Assembly: GCA_028288925.1 (NCBI GenBank)
Contig: JAQGHG010000012.1
Coordinates: 77,762-141,761, forward strand
Direction of reading: 5' to 3'
From: Patescibacteria group bacterium
GTDB taxonomy: Bacteria; Patescibacteriota; Saccharimonadia; UBA4664
DNA: 64,000 nucleotides
A model generated the notes under the pieces. It was not told where the DNA came from. It made no database searches and was given only the letters and a program-made list of their open reading frames with translations. This document shows, one piece after another, positions 20,166 to 29,724 of this stretch; within the stretch, counting starts at the first letter, position 1; each line of letters begins with the position of its first letter. A program made the translations under genes and the position numbers.

Positions 20166-23100
20166 GTGCATCCACTTCTAGCCGAACTCAATGAGCCCCA
20201 GCGCAAAGCCGCCGAAACCACCGATGGCCCCGTCTTAATATTGGCCGGCGCCGGCTCGGGCAAGACCAAGGCCCTCACGCACCGCATTGCCTACCTGGCC
20301 GCCGAGAAGCATGTCCGGCCGCAAAGCATCCTGGCCGTCACCTTCACCAACAAAGCCGCCGGCGAGATGCGCGCGCGCGTCCTCAAGCTGCTCAGCCTCG
20401 ACCCCAACAATCGTGGCTATTTTCCGTTTATCGGCACCTTTCACTCGATCTGTCTGCGGCTGTTGCGGCGCGAAGCCACCGAGATCGGCCTGGCCTCCAA
20501 CTTCCTCATCTTCGACGCCGCCGACACCCAATCCGCCATCAAGCGCGCCATGCGCCAAACCAACATCGACGACAAACAATTCACCCCCAACCTCATCCAC
20601 GGCCTCATCTCCAGCGCCAAAAACGAGCTGGTCGATGCCGCGGCCTACGCCAAATTCGCCACCGGCAAGGCCCAAGAAGCCGCCGCCAAAGTCTATCCCG
20701 TCTACCAAGCCACCCTCCAAGAAGCCGGCGCGCTCGACTTCGACGACCTCATCTTCCGCACCGTCAAAATGTTCAAAGACTATCCCGAAATTCTCAAAAA
20801 ATACCAAAATCAATTCCAATACATTATGGTCGACGAATACCAAGACACCAACCATGCCCAATATCAAATCACTAAGCTTCTGGCCCAAGGCCACCACAAC
20901 ATTTGCGTAGTAGGGGACGACTGGCAATGCCTGGTTCCAGGGACCTTGATCGAAACCCCCGCTGGCCCCAGGAAAATTGAGGCCATTACCAGGGGAGACC
21001 TCGTCACCTCGGCGAGCGGTTACGGCCGGTCCGGACAGTTTAAAGTCTTAGCTCAAAAAAAATTCCAATACCAAGGCGAGATAATCCACATTGAGACCGC
21101 TTCGGGCAAGGAGCTGGCATGCACGCCCAATCATCTGCTCTTCTCCCGGTGGAGCCAAACGGACGCCTATTTTGTCTATCTGATGTATTCGCAAGACAAG
21201 GGCTATCGCATTGGTGTCGCTAAAGGCACAAGATTTGATGGCAAAAAGCACGACACCGGCCTAAGGATACGTGCCAACCAGGAACGCGCCGACCGAATGT
21301 GGGTGATCAAAGTTTGCGTCAACCGGGCAGAAGCCATGTACAACGAAGCTCTCTTCGCGTACAAGTATGGAATTCCCATGTTAGTCTTCCGTGCCTTTAG
21401 CAACCGGGCCATGAAATTTGATCAAAAGTACATTGACGCCATCTATGAGGAGATCGACACCGAAACCAGAGCCAAACAGCTAATGACAAGGCTTGGGTTA
21501 GCCTTCGACTATCCGCACTTTGTACCCAGCGCCACCACCAGAAATGACATAAAGCGAGTAGTTGTAAACGTGGTTCTTTTTGGTGATAAGCGCATTACGC
21601 GACAAAGCCCGTGGTCAGCCAGTAGAATTTCCGCCAACACTACCGTCCGCCACGATATTGAAGTGTTTGAGAAGCTTGGACACACGGTAAGAATCGGTCG
21701 GTCGGGCACGTTCCGGGCCGAGATTCACAACCTCGACTATGGTCAAATCGAGCAGACACTTGAGCAGCTAAAGGAAGGTGCGGCCAACCAGCTACAAATC
21801 CACAAATACGCGTTTCTAACCGATAACAAATTCTCGTACATGCCAGCCAGCCAAATACATCTCGGCATGATGGTCCCCACAATCCAGGACGGTGTTATAA
21901 CGGAAGACCGGATAGTCGCGGTCAGTCGGAGCCATTACTCAGGGCCGGTATACGACCTAGATATTGATAAAGTTCATAATTACATCGCCTCAGAGCTGGT
22001 TGTGCATAACTCCATATATTCTTGGCGCGGCGCCAATTTCCAAAACATTCTCGACTTCGAAAAAGACTATCCCGACACCGAAGTCATCAAGCTTGAGCAA
22101 AATTATCGCTCCACCAAGCGCATTCTCGATGCTGCCCACGCTATTATCACCAAAAACCGCACCCGCAGCGACAAAAAACTCTGGACCGACCGCGGCGACG
22201 GCGCCGGCATCAGCATCGTCAACGTCTACAACGAAATCCAGGAAGCCGAGACCATCGTGCGCAAAATCCAAGAGCTCAAACTCGCCGAAACGCGCGAGCT
22301 CTACGACTTCGCCATCCTCTACCGCACCAACGCCCAATCCCGCTCGCTCGAAGAAGCCTTCCTGCGTGCCAACCTGCCCTACAAAATCGTCGGCGGCACG
22401 CGCTTCTATGAGCGCAAAGAAATCAAAGACGCCCTGGCCTACCTGCGCTTCGTCTACCAGCCCGACGACATGGTGAGCTTCGGCCGCATCATCAACCTCC
22501 CGCCACGCGGCCTCGGCGACGTCAGCCTCCAACGCCTCGAGTCCTGGCGCCGCACCCAGACCATCAGGGCAAATAACGGGGAGGAGCGCAGCGGGGTAGA
22601 GGCGCAGGGTGGCTCATCTGTGCCAGCCAGTGTAGGTTCAGATACCGGCTCCACCGAAGAGACGGATGGCGTTCGCTGGCCAGCAGATGAGCCACCCGAA
22701 GCCCAAGCGAATAAGCTGCGCCCCATGTCCCTCCTCGAGGCCTGCCGCCAAGCCGACCGCGCCCCCGGCCTCCAGGCCCGCGCCGTCAACGCCCTCCAAA
22801 CCTTTGCCCTGCTCATCGACGGCCTGCGCCAAGAGGCCAAAACCCTCGCCGTCGGCCCACTGCTGAGCCTCATCATCAAGCGCTCCGGCTACCTCGCCCA
22901 CCTCGACGATGGCTCCATCCAGGCCGCCGACCGCATCGAAAACGTCAAAGAGCTCCTCTCTGTCGCCGAGGCCTACAACGAACTCCCGCTCCAAGGCTTC
23001 CTGGAAGAAATCGCCCTCATCTCCGACATCGACAACTATTCCGAGTCCACCGACGCCGTCACCCTCATGACCCTCCACGCCGCCAAAGGCCTCGAGTTTC

Positions 23101-23621
23101 CCGTGGTCTTCATCCCCGGCGCCGAAGAGGGCATCTTCCCGCATTCCCGCGCACTCTTCGACGGCGAGCAGATGGAAGAAGAGCGCCGCCTTTGCTACGT
23201 CGGCATGACCCGGGCCAAAGAACGCCTCTATATGCTCTATGCCAACTCGCGCCTGCTCTACGGCTCCACCAACCACAACCCACCCTCACGCTTCCTCCTG
23301 GAAATCCCTGCCGAGCTTCAGGCCGATGACAACGAATGGAGCGCCGCTTCCCGTACCGCCGCGGCCGGCCACGGCGCCGGCGCCGCCAGCTGGTCGCCCA
23401 CAGCCATGCGCGCCACCGGCCCCACCACTGAAGCCTCCGCCGCCGCCCACCGCGAAGCCATGCTCGGCCTCAGTCTGGCCCCCGGCGACCGCATCCACCA
23501 CGCCAAATTCGGCGACGGCATCGTCAGCTCCATCTCCGGCGACGAAGTCACCGCCGCCTTCGAAGGCATCGGCTCCAAACGCCTCAGCCTCAGTTTCGCC
23601 CCGATCGAAAAGGTGGAATAA
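20166..23621 (+). CDS. pcrA: PcrA/UvrD helicase containing an intein and an in-frame palindromic insertion
   Basis: AGAGSGKT, TFTNKAA, VDEYQDTN, GDDWQ|SIYSWRGA, LEQNYRS, TLHAAKGLEF, EERRLCYVGMTRA, C-terminal Tudor-like domain. Confidence 0.95.
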   Translation: MHPLLAELNEPQRKAAETTDGPVLILAGAGSGKTKALTHRIAYLAAEKHVRPQSILAVTFTNKAAGEMRARVLKLLSLDPNNRGYFPFIGTFHSICLRLLRREATEIGLASNFLIFDAADTQSAIKRAMRQTNIDDKQFTPNLIHGLISSAKNELVDAAAYAKFATGKAQEAAAKVYPVYQATLQEAGALDFDDLIFRTVKMFKDYPEILKKYQNQFQYIMVDEYQDTNHAQYQITKLLAQGHHNICVVGDDWQCLVPGTLIETPAGPRKIEAITRGDLVTSASGYGRSGQFKVLAQKKFQYQGEIIHIETASGKELACTPNHLLFSRWSQTDAYFVYLMYSQDKGYRIGVAKGTRFDGKKHDTGLRIRANQERADRMWVIKVCVNRAEAMYNEALFAYKYGIPMLVFRAFSNRAMKFDQKYIDAIYEEIDTETRAKQLMTRLGLAFDYPHFVPSATTRNDIKRVVVNVVLFGDKRITRQSPWSASRISANTTVRHDIEVFEKLGHTVRIGRSGTFRAEIHNLDYGQIEQTLEQLKEGAANQLQIHKYAFLTDNKFSYMPASQIHLGMMVPTIQDGVITEDRIVAVSRSHYSGPVYDLDIDKVHNYIASELVVHNSIYSWRGANFQNILDFEKDYPDTEVIKLEQNYRSTKRILDAAHAIITKNRTRSDKKLWTDRGDGAGISIVNVYNEIQEAETIVRKIQELKLAETRELYDFAILYRTNAQSRSLEEAFLRANLPYKIVGGTRFYERKEIKDALAYLRFVYQPDDMVSFGRIINLPPRGLGDVSLQRLESWRRTQTIRANNGEERSGVEAQGGSSVPASVGSDTGSTEETDGVRWPADEPPEAQANKLRPMSLLEACRQADRAPGLQARAVNALQTFALLIDGLRQEAKTLAVGPLLSLIIKRSGYLAHLDDGSIQAADRIENVKELLSVAEAYNELPLQGFLEEIALISDIDNYSESTDAVTLMTLHAAKGLEFPVVFIPGAEEGIFPHSRALFDGEQMEEERRLCYVGMTRAKERLYMLYANSRLLYGSTNHNPPSRFLLEIPAELQADDNEWSAASRTAAAGHGAGAASWSPTAMRATGPTTEASAAAHREAMLGLSLAPGDRIHHAKFGDGIVSSISGDEVTAAFEGIGSKRLSLSFAPIEKVE
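20928..22010 (+). mobile_element. Intein (361 aa) in helicase motif III, with putative GIY-YIG-like endonuclease
   Basis: Starts CLVPGT after DDWQ; block B CTPNH; ends VYDLDI...VVHN followed by Ser; more AT-rich codon usage than the exteins. Confidence 0.93.
22601..22702 (+). repeat. Hairpin element copy B, in-frame inside pcrA
   Basis: Perfect 14-bp stem 22607-22620/22684-22697 around shared 53-nt core; extra outer stem GCGCAGC 22586-22592 / GCTGCGC 22715-22721. Confidence 0.85.
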
Positions 23622-23628
23622 TAAACCC

Positions 23629-24054
23629 ATGACACTCCCACCTATCACCCCCTCCCACGAACCCTACCAAAGCCTCATCGACTCGGCCGAAACCTGGCAC
23701 AAGCAAGGCCATTACAAAGAAGCCGTCATCCTCGCCCAGACCGGCCTCGAGCTCTTCACCGAAAAAACCCTCGGCCATCTCTACCAAACCCGCCAGCTCG
23801 AATACCTCAAACCCGAATTCGAGCATTTACTCATCAATTACAATATCGGCAACAGCAAAGTCTCCGGGCTCTACATCGCGCTCTCCGGCGACGAAATCAA
23901 GCAAGCGCCCTTCTGGGCAGCTCTCACCGATCACGTCGAACTCCGCAACAAACTCGTCCACGACGGCCAAGACGCCACCGCCGAGCAATCCCGCAACTCC
24001 CTCGACGCCGTCAAAGCCCTCATTTCGCATGTCCAAGAGCATAATTCCCTATGA
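23629..24054 (+). CDS. HEPN-like domain protein
   Basis: 141 aa, helical; AVILAQTGLE helix and RNKLVH (Rx4H) motif. Confidence 0.55.
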   Translation: MTLPPITPSHEPYQSLIDSAETWHKQGHYKEAVILAQTGLELFTEKTLGHLYQTRQLEYLKPEFEHLLINYNIGNSKVSGLYIALSGDEIKQAPFWAALTDHVELRNKLVHDGQDATAEQSRNSLDAVKALISHVQEHNSL

Positions 24055-24089
24055 GCGGATTGCACCGGGTAATGCTATAATCACAACCA

Positions 24090-24812
24090 ATGCAACCACC
24101 CAAGCGCCAACCCCGCGTACTCCTCAAACTCTCCGGCGAGCAATTCGCCGGCGACCGCGAATACGGCGTAGATCCTGAATTCGTCAACCGGCTAGCCCAA
24201 GAGCTGGCCGAAACTATTGAGGCCACCGGCGTTCAGCTCACCATCGTGGTAGGCGGCGGCAACATCATGCGCGGCGCCAGCGTGGCCAAGAGCGGCATCG
24301 AGCGCGCCACCGGCGACTACATGGGCATGCTTGCCACGGTCATCAACGGCATAGCCCTGGTCGACATTCTGGAGCAAAACGGCGTCTCCGCCCGCGCTCA
24401 AACCCGTCTGCGCGTCGACAGCGTCGCTGAGCCGTATATCCGCCGCCGCGCCATCCGGCACCTCGAAAAGGGGAGAGTCGTGGTGATAGCCGGCGGCACC
24501 GGCAACCCCTACGTCACCAGCGACACCGCCGCTGTCTCCGCCGGTCTCGAGCTCGAGTGCGACATGGTTCTCAAGGCCACCAAGGTCGACGGCGTCTACG
24601 ACAAAGACCCTCACAAACATCCGGAAGCCAAAAAGTTCTCTACGCTCTCTTTCAATCAGGTTCTCACCGATCCGCACATTAAGGTCATGGATAACGCCGC
24701 CATCTCTCTGGCCATGGACAACCACCTGCCCATCGTGGTCTTCGACCTCCTCACCCACGGCAACATCCGCCGCGTCATTAAGGGCGAAGCCGTCGGCACC
24801 AAGGTCGAATAG
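24090..24812 (+). CDS. pyrH: UMP kinase
   Basis: LLKLSGE, VGGGNI, DYMGMLAT, GTGNPY, KVDGVYDKDP. Confidence 0.97.
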   Translation: MQPPKRQPRVLLKLSGEQFAGDREYGVDPEFVNRLAQELAETIEATGVQLTIVVGGGNIMRGASVAKSGIERATGDYMGMLATVINGIALVDILEQNGVSARAQTRLRVDSVAEPYIRRRAIRHLEKGRVVVIAGGTGNPYVTSDTAAVSAGLELECDMVLKATKVDGVYDKDPHKHPEAKKFSTLSFNQVLTDPHIKVMDNAAISLAMDNHLPIVVFDLLTHGNIRRVIKGEAVGTKVE

Positions 24813-24826
24813 CCCCGTCCGCCTAA

Positions 24827-24858
24827 GGGCAGGTATGGGAATTATTCCCATACTGCCC
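24827..24858. repeat. Intergenic palindrome (REP-like or terminator)
   Basis: GTATGGGAAT-T-ATTCCCATAC with outer GGGCAG/CTGCCC. Confidence 0.55.
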
Positions 24859-24903
24859 CCGACGGGGGTTGAGCCCCCGATATCCTGATATATAATTGCT
24901 CGT

Positions 24904-25422
24904 ATGACATACGACCCTCAAAGCTCTCCCGCGATAAAAGCCCTCATAGCTGTCTGGCAGCCGTTCACTGAAAAGCTCGAAGATTGGCAATCACTGGTCA
25001 AAACTACGGAACCCAAAGAGACCTATTGCGGCCCCGTCTACGAGCCTGCTAGCCCCCTCGACCGGCCCAATGAGAGCTTCGCCATCGCCGACATGCGCCA
25101 GGTCAAAGTCGCCGAACCGCACTACCACGCCAACGGCGAAACCGAAATTTACTTTGTGATCTCCGGAACCGGCCTCACCGTCGTCGGCGGCGAGGAGATC
25201 CCGCTCTCCAAGGGTACGATTGTAGCCACCCCACCCGGAACGGCCCACTTTACCATTCCAAGAGAAAACCTGGTGATGGTGGTCATTAACACCCCACCTT
25301 TTAACCCCGAAAACAACATCCACTTGCCGGCCTCCAATCCTATGGTAAAGTTTGACCATGAACAGTTCGCCCGGCTGTGCATAACTGAACAAGAAAAGTA
25401 TTCAAAACCTGCTCAAATTTGA
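24904..25422 (+). CDS. Cupin domain protein
   Basis: PHYH...ETEIYFVISG...PPGTAH. Confidence 0.85.
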   Translation: MTYDPQSSPAIKALIAVWQPFTEKLEDWQSLVKTTEPKETYCGPVYEPASPLDRPNESFAIADMRQVKVAEPHYHANGETEIYFVISGTGLTVVGGEEIPLSKGTIVATPPGTAHFTIPRENLVMVVINTPPFNPENNIHLPASNPMVKFDHEQFARLCITEQEKYSKPAQI

Positions 25423-25546
25423 CGCCCACCCAGATGGTGCGATACCATAAGCAAGATCACAGTAAATTCCTGAATTCGAACTTAAAAAAACACCAAAACA
25501 CCCAAAATAAAACGTCCCCTTCGTAATAACGAGAGAGACAACTATT

Positions 25547-26767
25547 TTGCGTAACGCCAACGATTCCCTTACCGCCGCGCTCGACCTGCTCAAGAGGCTG
25601 AAGACCCAGCCGCGCAACCTGGTGGCGATCGGAATCCTCATCACGATAGTTTCATTTGGATTTTCATCCGGCCGGCTACCCGTTTCGCCCGCCGCCAACG
25701 CCGACTCCCAGCGCATGGTGTCGCTGTACGTGGATGGCCAAAAGCGCCTCTTTGCCACCGACGGCACCTCCGTGGGCGATATATTGTCGCGCGCCGGCGT
25801 CAAGCTCACCGCCACCGATCTGGTCGAACCTGGCCTCAAGACCGCCGTTCCCAAAGGCCAGTTCAACATCAACGTCTACCGTGCCCGGCCTGTCCTGGTC
25901 GGCGACGGCGCCCGGACCTACCATCTCAGCAGCGCCTATCAGAGCCCCCGTTTGCTTGCTAAGGCGGCCGGTATCACGGTATACCCCGAAGACACTTACC
26001 GCACCGAAGTCATCACGAACGTGGTCGAAAACGGTGCTATCGGCGAGAAAATCAACATTACCCGGGCCAAGCCTTTCGTAGTCACGGTTGACGGTCACAC
26101 CCGTACGCTGCGCACCCAAGCCAAGACTATTGGCGACGCCCTCAAGAGCGCCAATATCGCTCTGGGCCTCAAAGACACCGTCTCGCAGCCGCTGGCCGCT
26201 CCGGTTTTGCCCGGCGCCAGCCTCTCGATCACTCGCGTCACCGAGGCCTTGGCGACGCTCACCGAGACGATTCCCCGGCCCGTCAAGGTCATCCAGGATC
26301 CGGCCATGCTCAAGGGCCAGACCAACGTTAAAACCGAAGGCGCCGACGGCCAAAAAACCATTACGTACCGCATCCATTACCAAAACGGCATAGAGACCGG
26401 CCGCGAGCAGATTCAGCTCGTCAGCCAGAGCGCTCCTGCAGCCCGCGTCGTGACCGAAGGCACCAAGGTGCTCTTCTCGGGCTCGGTCGAATACTGGCGC
26501 CCCCAGGTCGAAGCCGCCGCTGCCGCCTGGAACTTTGACCCCAACACCATGCTGCGCATCATGGCCTGCGAATCCCGCGGCAATGCCCTAAGCATTAGCC
26601 ATTTTGTAATCAACGGCGAGCATCCCACCGGCCTCTTCCAGTATCTGCCGTCTACTTGGCGGTCATCCGGTGGCACCGATGACAATATTCTCGACGGCGC
26701 CATGCAAATCCAGCTCACCGCCAAAAAGATGGCTACCCAAGGCACCAAAGCTTGGCAATGTAAGTAG
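25547..26767 (+). CDS. RpfB-like protein: ubiquitin-like DUF348 repeats, G5 domain, lysozyme-like transglycosylase domain
   Basis: TM, VDG..T...TVGD repeats, G5 (EGADGQK...GTK), IMACESRG...GLFQY..STW. Confidence 0.85.
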   Translation: MRNANDSLTAALDLLKRLKTQPRNLVAIGILITIVSFGFSSGRLPVSPAANADSQRMVSLYVDGQKRLFATDGTSVGDILSRAGVKLTATDLVEPGLKTAVPKGQFNINVYRARPVLVGDGARTYHLSSAYQSPRLLAKAAGITVYPEDTYRTEVITNVVENGAIGEKINITRAKPFVVTVDGHTRTLRTQAKTIGDALKSANIALGLKDTVSQPLAAPVLPGASLSITRVTEALATLTETIPRPVKVIQDPAMLKGQTNVKTEGADGQKTITYRIHYQNGIETGREQIQLVSQSAPAARVVTEGTKVLFSGSVEYWRPQVEAAAAAWNFDPNTMLRIMACESRGNALSISHFVINGEHPTGLFQYLPSTWRSSGGTDDNILDGAMQIQLTAKKMATQGTKAWQCK

Positions 26768-26816
26768 GTTACGGGTCGTAGTTATCCCTGAGAAGGCCAA
26801 GTAGTATACTGGGTCC

Positions 26817-27986
26817 GTGAATATATTAGACCTCTTCATTATTGTGCTCGTAATAGCCGTCATGGCCCGCGGCATCGCCTCCGGTTTCCTCCGGCAGGTG
26901 GGGTCGCTCGGGGGCTTCGTGGCCGGACTTATGCTCGGCGCCGTCATCGCGCCGTGGGTAGCCGGCGCTATGCCTAGTGGCAGCAATCGCGCGCTGGTAG
27001 CGGTGCTGGTGTTCTTCGGGGTGGCGCTCACGGTGGGCGGCCTGGGTGAAGCCCTCGGACACGCGCTTTCGGGGCTGGCCGAACGCTACCGGCTGCGGGT
27101 ACTCGACACGGCGCTCGGCGCCATCTTCGGCGTCGGCATTACGCTGCTGGCGGTATGGCTGCTGGCCGCTACGTTTGCGCGCTCCGCCGGGCCGGCCCTG
27201 GCCGCCCAGATCCAATCCTCGCGCGTGCTTCAGGTGCTCGACCGCTCGCTGCCGCCCGCCCCTGATGTGCTCGCACGGCTGGAGCGGACACTGGGCGTCA
27301 ATGGCCTCCCACGGGTCTTCGCCGGCCTCGAGCCAGCCCCTGCCGCACCGGTTGCCGGGCCGGACGCGCCGGCGGTTAATGCGGTCACCGCTGCCGGCCG
27401 GGCCGCCACCGTCAAAATCCTCGGCGAAGGCTGGGGCGGCGAGGTCGAAGGCTCCGGCTTCGTAGCCGGCCCCGGGCTCGTCGCCACCAATGCCCATGTG
27501 GTGGCTGGCATCGATAGCCCCACGGTCGAAGACGCCGCCGGCTCGCATCGCGCGCAAGTGGTGCTGTTCGATCCCGATCTGGACTTCGCCGTCCTGCGTA
27601 CCGTCGGCCTGGCCGCCGCGCCACTGCCCCTCGACCCCAATATCGAGCCACGCGGCACCGTCGGCGCGGCCCTAGGCTACCCAGGCGGCGGCGATTTCAC
27701 AGCCTCACCGGCCGCCATTCTGGACCGCATCACCGCCACCGGCCGCAACATCTACGACGCCGGCCTCGTCCGCCGCGACATCTACGAACTCCAAGCCCTC
27801 GTCCGCCCCGGCAACTCCGGCGGCCCGCTCGTCGCCCCCGACGGCAGCGTCATCGGCGTAATCTTCGCCACCTCCACCGTCAACGGCAACCTCGGCTACG
27901 CCCTCACCTCCGCCGAAGTACTCCCTGACTTCCGCGAGGCTGCCACCTCCGGCTCTGTCTCCGGCGGGACCTGTATCGCTGAGTAG
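26817..27986 (+). CDS. MarP-family membrane serine protease (CvpA + trypsin-like)
   Basis: N-terminal TM helices; TNAHVVAG, DFAVL, PGNSGGP catalytic triad. Confidence 0.88.
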   Translation: MNILDLFIIVLVIAVMARGIASGFLRQVGSLGGFVAGLMLGAVIAPWVAGAMPSGSNRALVAVLVFFGVALTVGGLGEALGHALSGLAERYRLRVLDTALGAIFGVGITLLAVWLLAATFARSAGPALAAQIQSSRVLQVLDRSLPPAPDVLARLERTLGVNGLPRVFAGLEPAPAAPVAGPDAPAVNAVTAAGRAATVKILGEGWGGEVEGSGFVAGPGLVATNAHVVAGIDSPTVEDAAGSHRAQVVLFDPDLDFAVLRTVGLAAAPLPLDPNIEPRGTVGAALGYPGGGDFTASPAAILDRITATGRNIYDAGLVRRDIYELQALVRPGNSGGPLVAPDGSVIGVIFATSTVNGNLGYALTSAEVLPDFREAATSGSVSGGTCIAE

Positions 27987-28057
27987 TAATTTGCATAAAC
28001 AACAACAATGTGTCATCATAGATAAACCTGTCGACCCGAGAGAGACCAGGAGCATCA

Positions 28058-28813
28058 ATGACAATTCATGTCAGGAGCACAGACGTCACGACCATCCCAG
28101 AGGGTAAGGCTAGGGACTTCGCCCTGGGGTATGCGGACCTTGTGAGACGTTGTGGAGGCAAGGTTACCTCCACTAAGACCATTCTGCAGTCACCCGAGCT
28201 CCTCGACCTGGGCCTTAGCGTCCAGGACGTAGAAGTGCTGGTAGGGCAGGGCATTCACACGGTGGTGCAGCTCACTGCCCTTACTGAAAAACAGGTACTG
28301 GGGCTCAAAAACGTCAAATACCCCCGCCTGCTCAGGATCAAGCTCCGGCTGCACGAGAGAGGCCTGGCGTTGGCCGGCGAACGACCGGAGGACTTTGAGG
28401 GTTCGGTTGAAGCCTTGCTTCAACGGCTCGCAACCCCCGGTCACCTCTACGACCTGCTCAAGTCTGGCGGGTTCGACACGTTGACGCACATTCTGAGCCT
28501 GGAGTACCCCGATGCTCTGGGCTACCGCTGGTGGAAACCTGTCGAGGCCCTACTCGGAGACCGCCGCCTCACGCCCACCAGTCTGAGCCGGCCGCTCTCA
28601 GACTTCGACCCCTATTTCAGCTTCGAGCCCCTCGGAGCTGTCGGAATCGTCAACGGCCAGGATCTGGTAGCGCTCACGGCTGCGGAACTGTTCGCCAGCC
28701 TTCACGAGGCCGAGCAGGGACGCGAACCGGCCCGCCGCAGCGACATCGGGTCCTACGTTGAGAGGCTCGAGACGGTCCTCAAGGCCAACGGCCACTCCCT
28801 GCGCCAGGACTGA
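28058..28813 (+). CDS. Protein with repeated RNA polymerase alpha-CTD-like (HhH) modules
   Basis: LDLGLSV...L...GIHTVVQL..LTEKQVLGLKN; degenerate repeats GGFDTLTHIL and GIVNGQDLVAL; AGGAG SD. Confidence 0.55.
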   Translation: MTIHVRSTDVTTIPEGKARDFALGYADLVRRCGGKVTSTKTILQSPELLDLGLSVQDVEVLVGQGIHTVVQLTALTEKQVLGLKNVKYPRLLRIKLRLHERGLALAGERPEDFEGSVEALLQRLATPGHLYDLLKSGGFDTLTHILSLEYPDALGYRWWKPVEALLGDRRLTPTSLSRPLSDFDPYFSFEPLGAVGIVNGQDLVALTAAELFASLHEAEQGREPARRSDIGSYVERLETVLKANGHSLRQD

Positions 28814-28835
28814 ACGGCCCGCCCAGGGGCAGGAA

Positions 28836-28871
28836 AAAGGGCAGAGCGACCACTTGGTCGCTCTGCCCTTT
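28836..28871 (+). terminator. Intrinsic terminator-like hairpin
   Basis: AAAGGGCAGAGCGACC-ACTT-GGTCGCTCTGCCCTTT. Confidence 0.75.
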
Positions 28872-28896
28872 CGCATCTCTGTTAATATAGGTCTAT

Positions 28897-29724
28897 ATGG
28901 ATCTCACTCGCGTCGAAGACGTTCGCACCGCCATGAAACTGGCGGGCATCAAACCCAACAAAGGCCTCGGCCAGCACTTCCTCGTTGATAAACCCAGCCT
29001 GGAAGCCATTATGGATGCCGCCGCCGTCACCAGGGACGACACCGTGCTCGAGGTCGGCCCGGGCCTCGGCGTCATGACGCGCCCGCTCACGCACCAGGCC
29101 GGCCATGTTGTCGCCGTGGAGACCGACCACATCTTGGCCGGCCTCCTGCGCCGCGATGCCCCGGACAACCTCACCGTCGTCGAGCAAGACATCCTCACTT
29201 ACGACTTCAGCCAGCTTCCGCCGCGTTACAAAGCCATCGCCAACATTCCGTATTACCTCACCTCCAAAATCTTCCGCCTGCTCATCGAAAACCCCAACCC
29301 GCCCAGCGTGATGTCGCTGCTCATCCAAAAAGAAGTCGCCGAGCGCATCGTGGCCCCGCCCGGCAAACTCAGCATCCTAGCCTTATCCGTCCAATACTAC
29401 GGCCACCCCGAAATCGTGCGCATCGTCGAGCGCCACAAATTCTGGCCCTCGCCGGCCGTCGATTCGGCTGTGCTGCGCGTCGTGCTCACCGGCCCGGCCT
29501 TCCCGGCCGACCCCGACCGCCTCTTCCGGCTCATCAAGGCCGGCTTCGGCGAGAAGCGCAAGCAGCTCAAAAACGCCCTGGCCGGCGGCCTCAACCTCAG
29601 CTCCGAGCTCGCCGTCGAGCTCATCGCCAAGGCCAAAATCGGCCCTACCGCCCGGGCTCAAGAGCTCGACCTCAAAGCTTGGAAGCGCCTCTATGACCTG
29701 GCAATTAAAAAAGAGCTCATTTAA
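28897..29724 (+). CDS. rsmA: 16S rRNA m6,2A dimethyltransferase
   Basis: LGQHFL, EVGPGLG, ANIPYY, QKEVAER, PAVDS. Confidence 0.95.
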   Translation: MDLTRVEDVRTAMKLAGIKPNKGLGQHFLVDKPSLEAIMDAAAVTRDDTVLEVGPGLGVMTRPLTHQAGHVVAVETDHILAGLLRRDAPDNLTVVEQDILTYDFSQLPPRYKAIANIPYYLTSKIFRLLIENPNPPSVMSLLIQKEVAERIVAPPGKLSILALSVQYYGHPEIVRIVERHKFWPSPAVDSAVLRVVLTGPAFPADPDRLFRLIKAGFGEKRKQLKNALAGGLNLSSELAVELIAKAKIGPTARAQELDLKAWKRLYDLAIKKELI

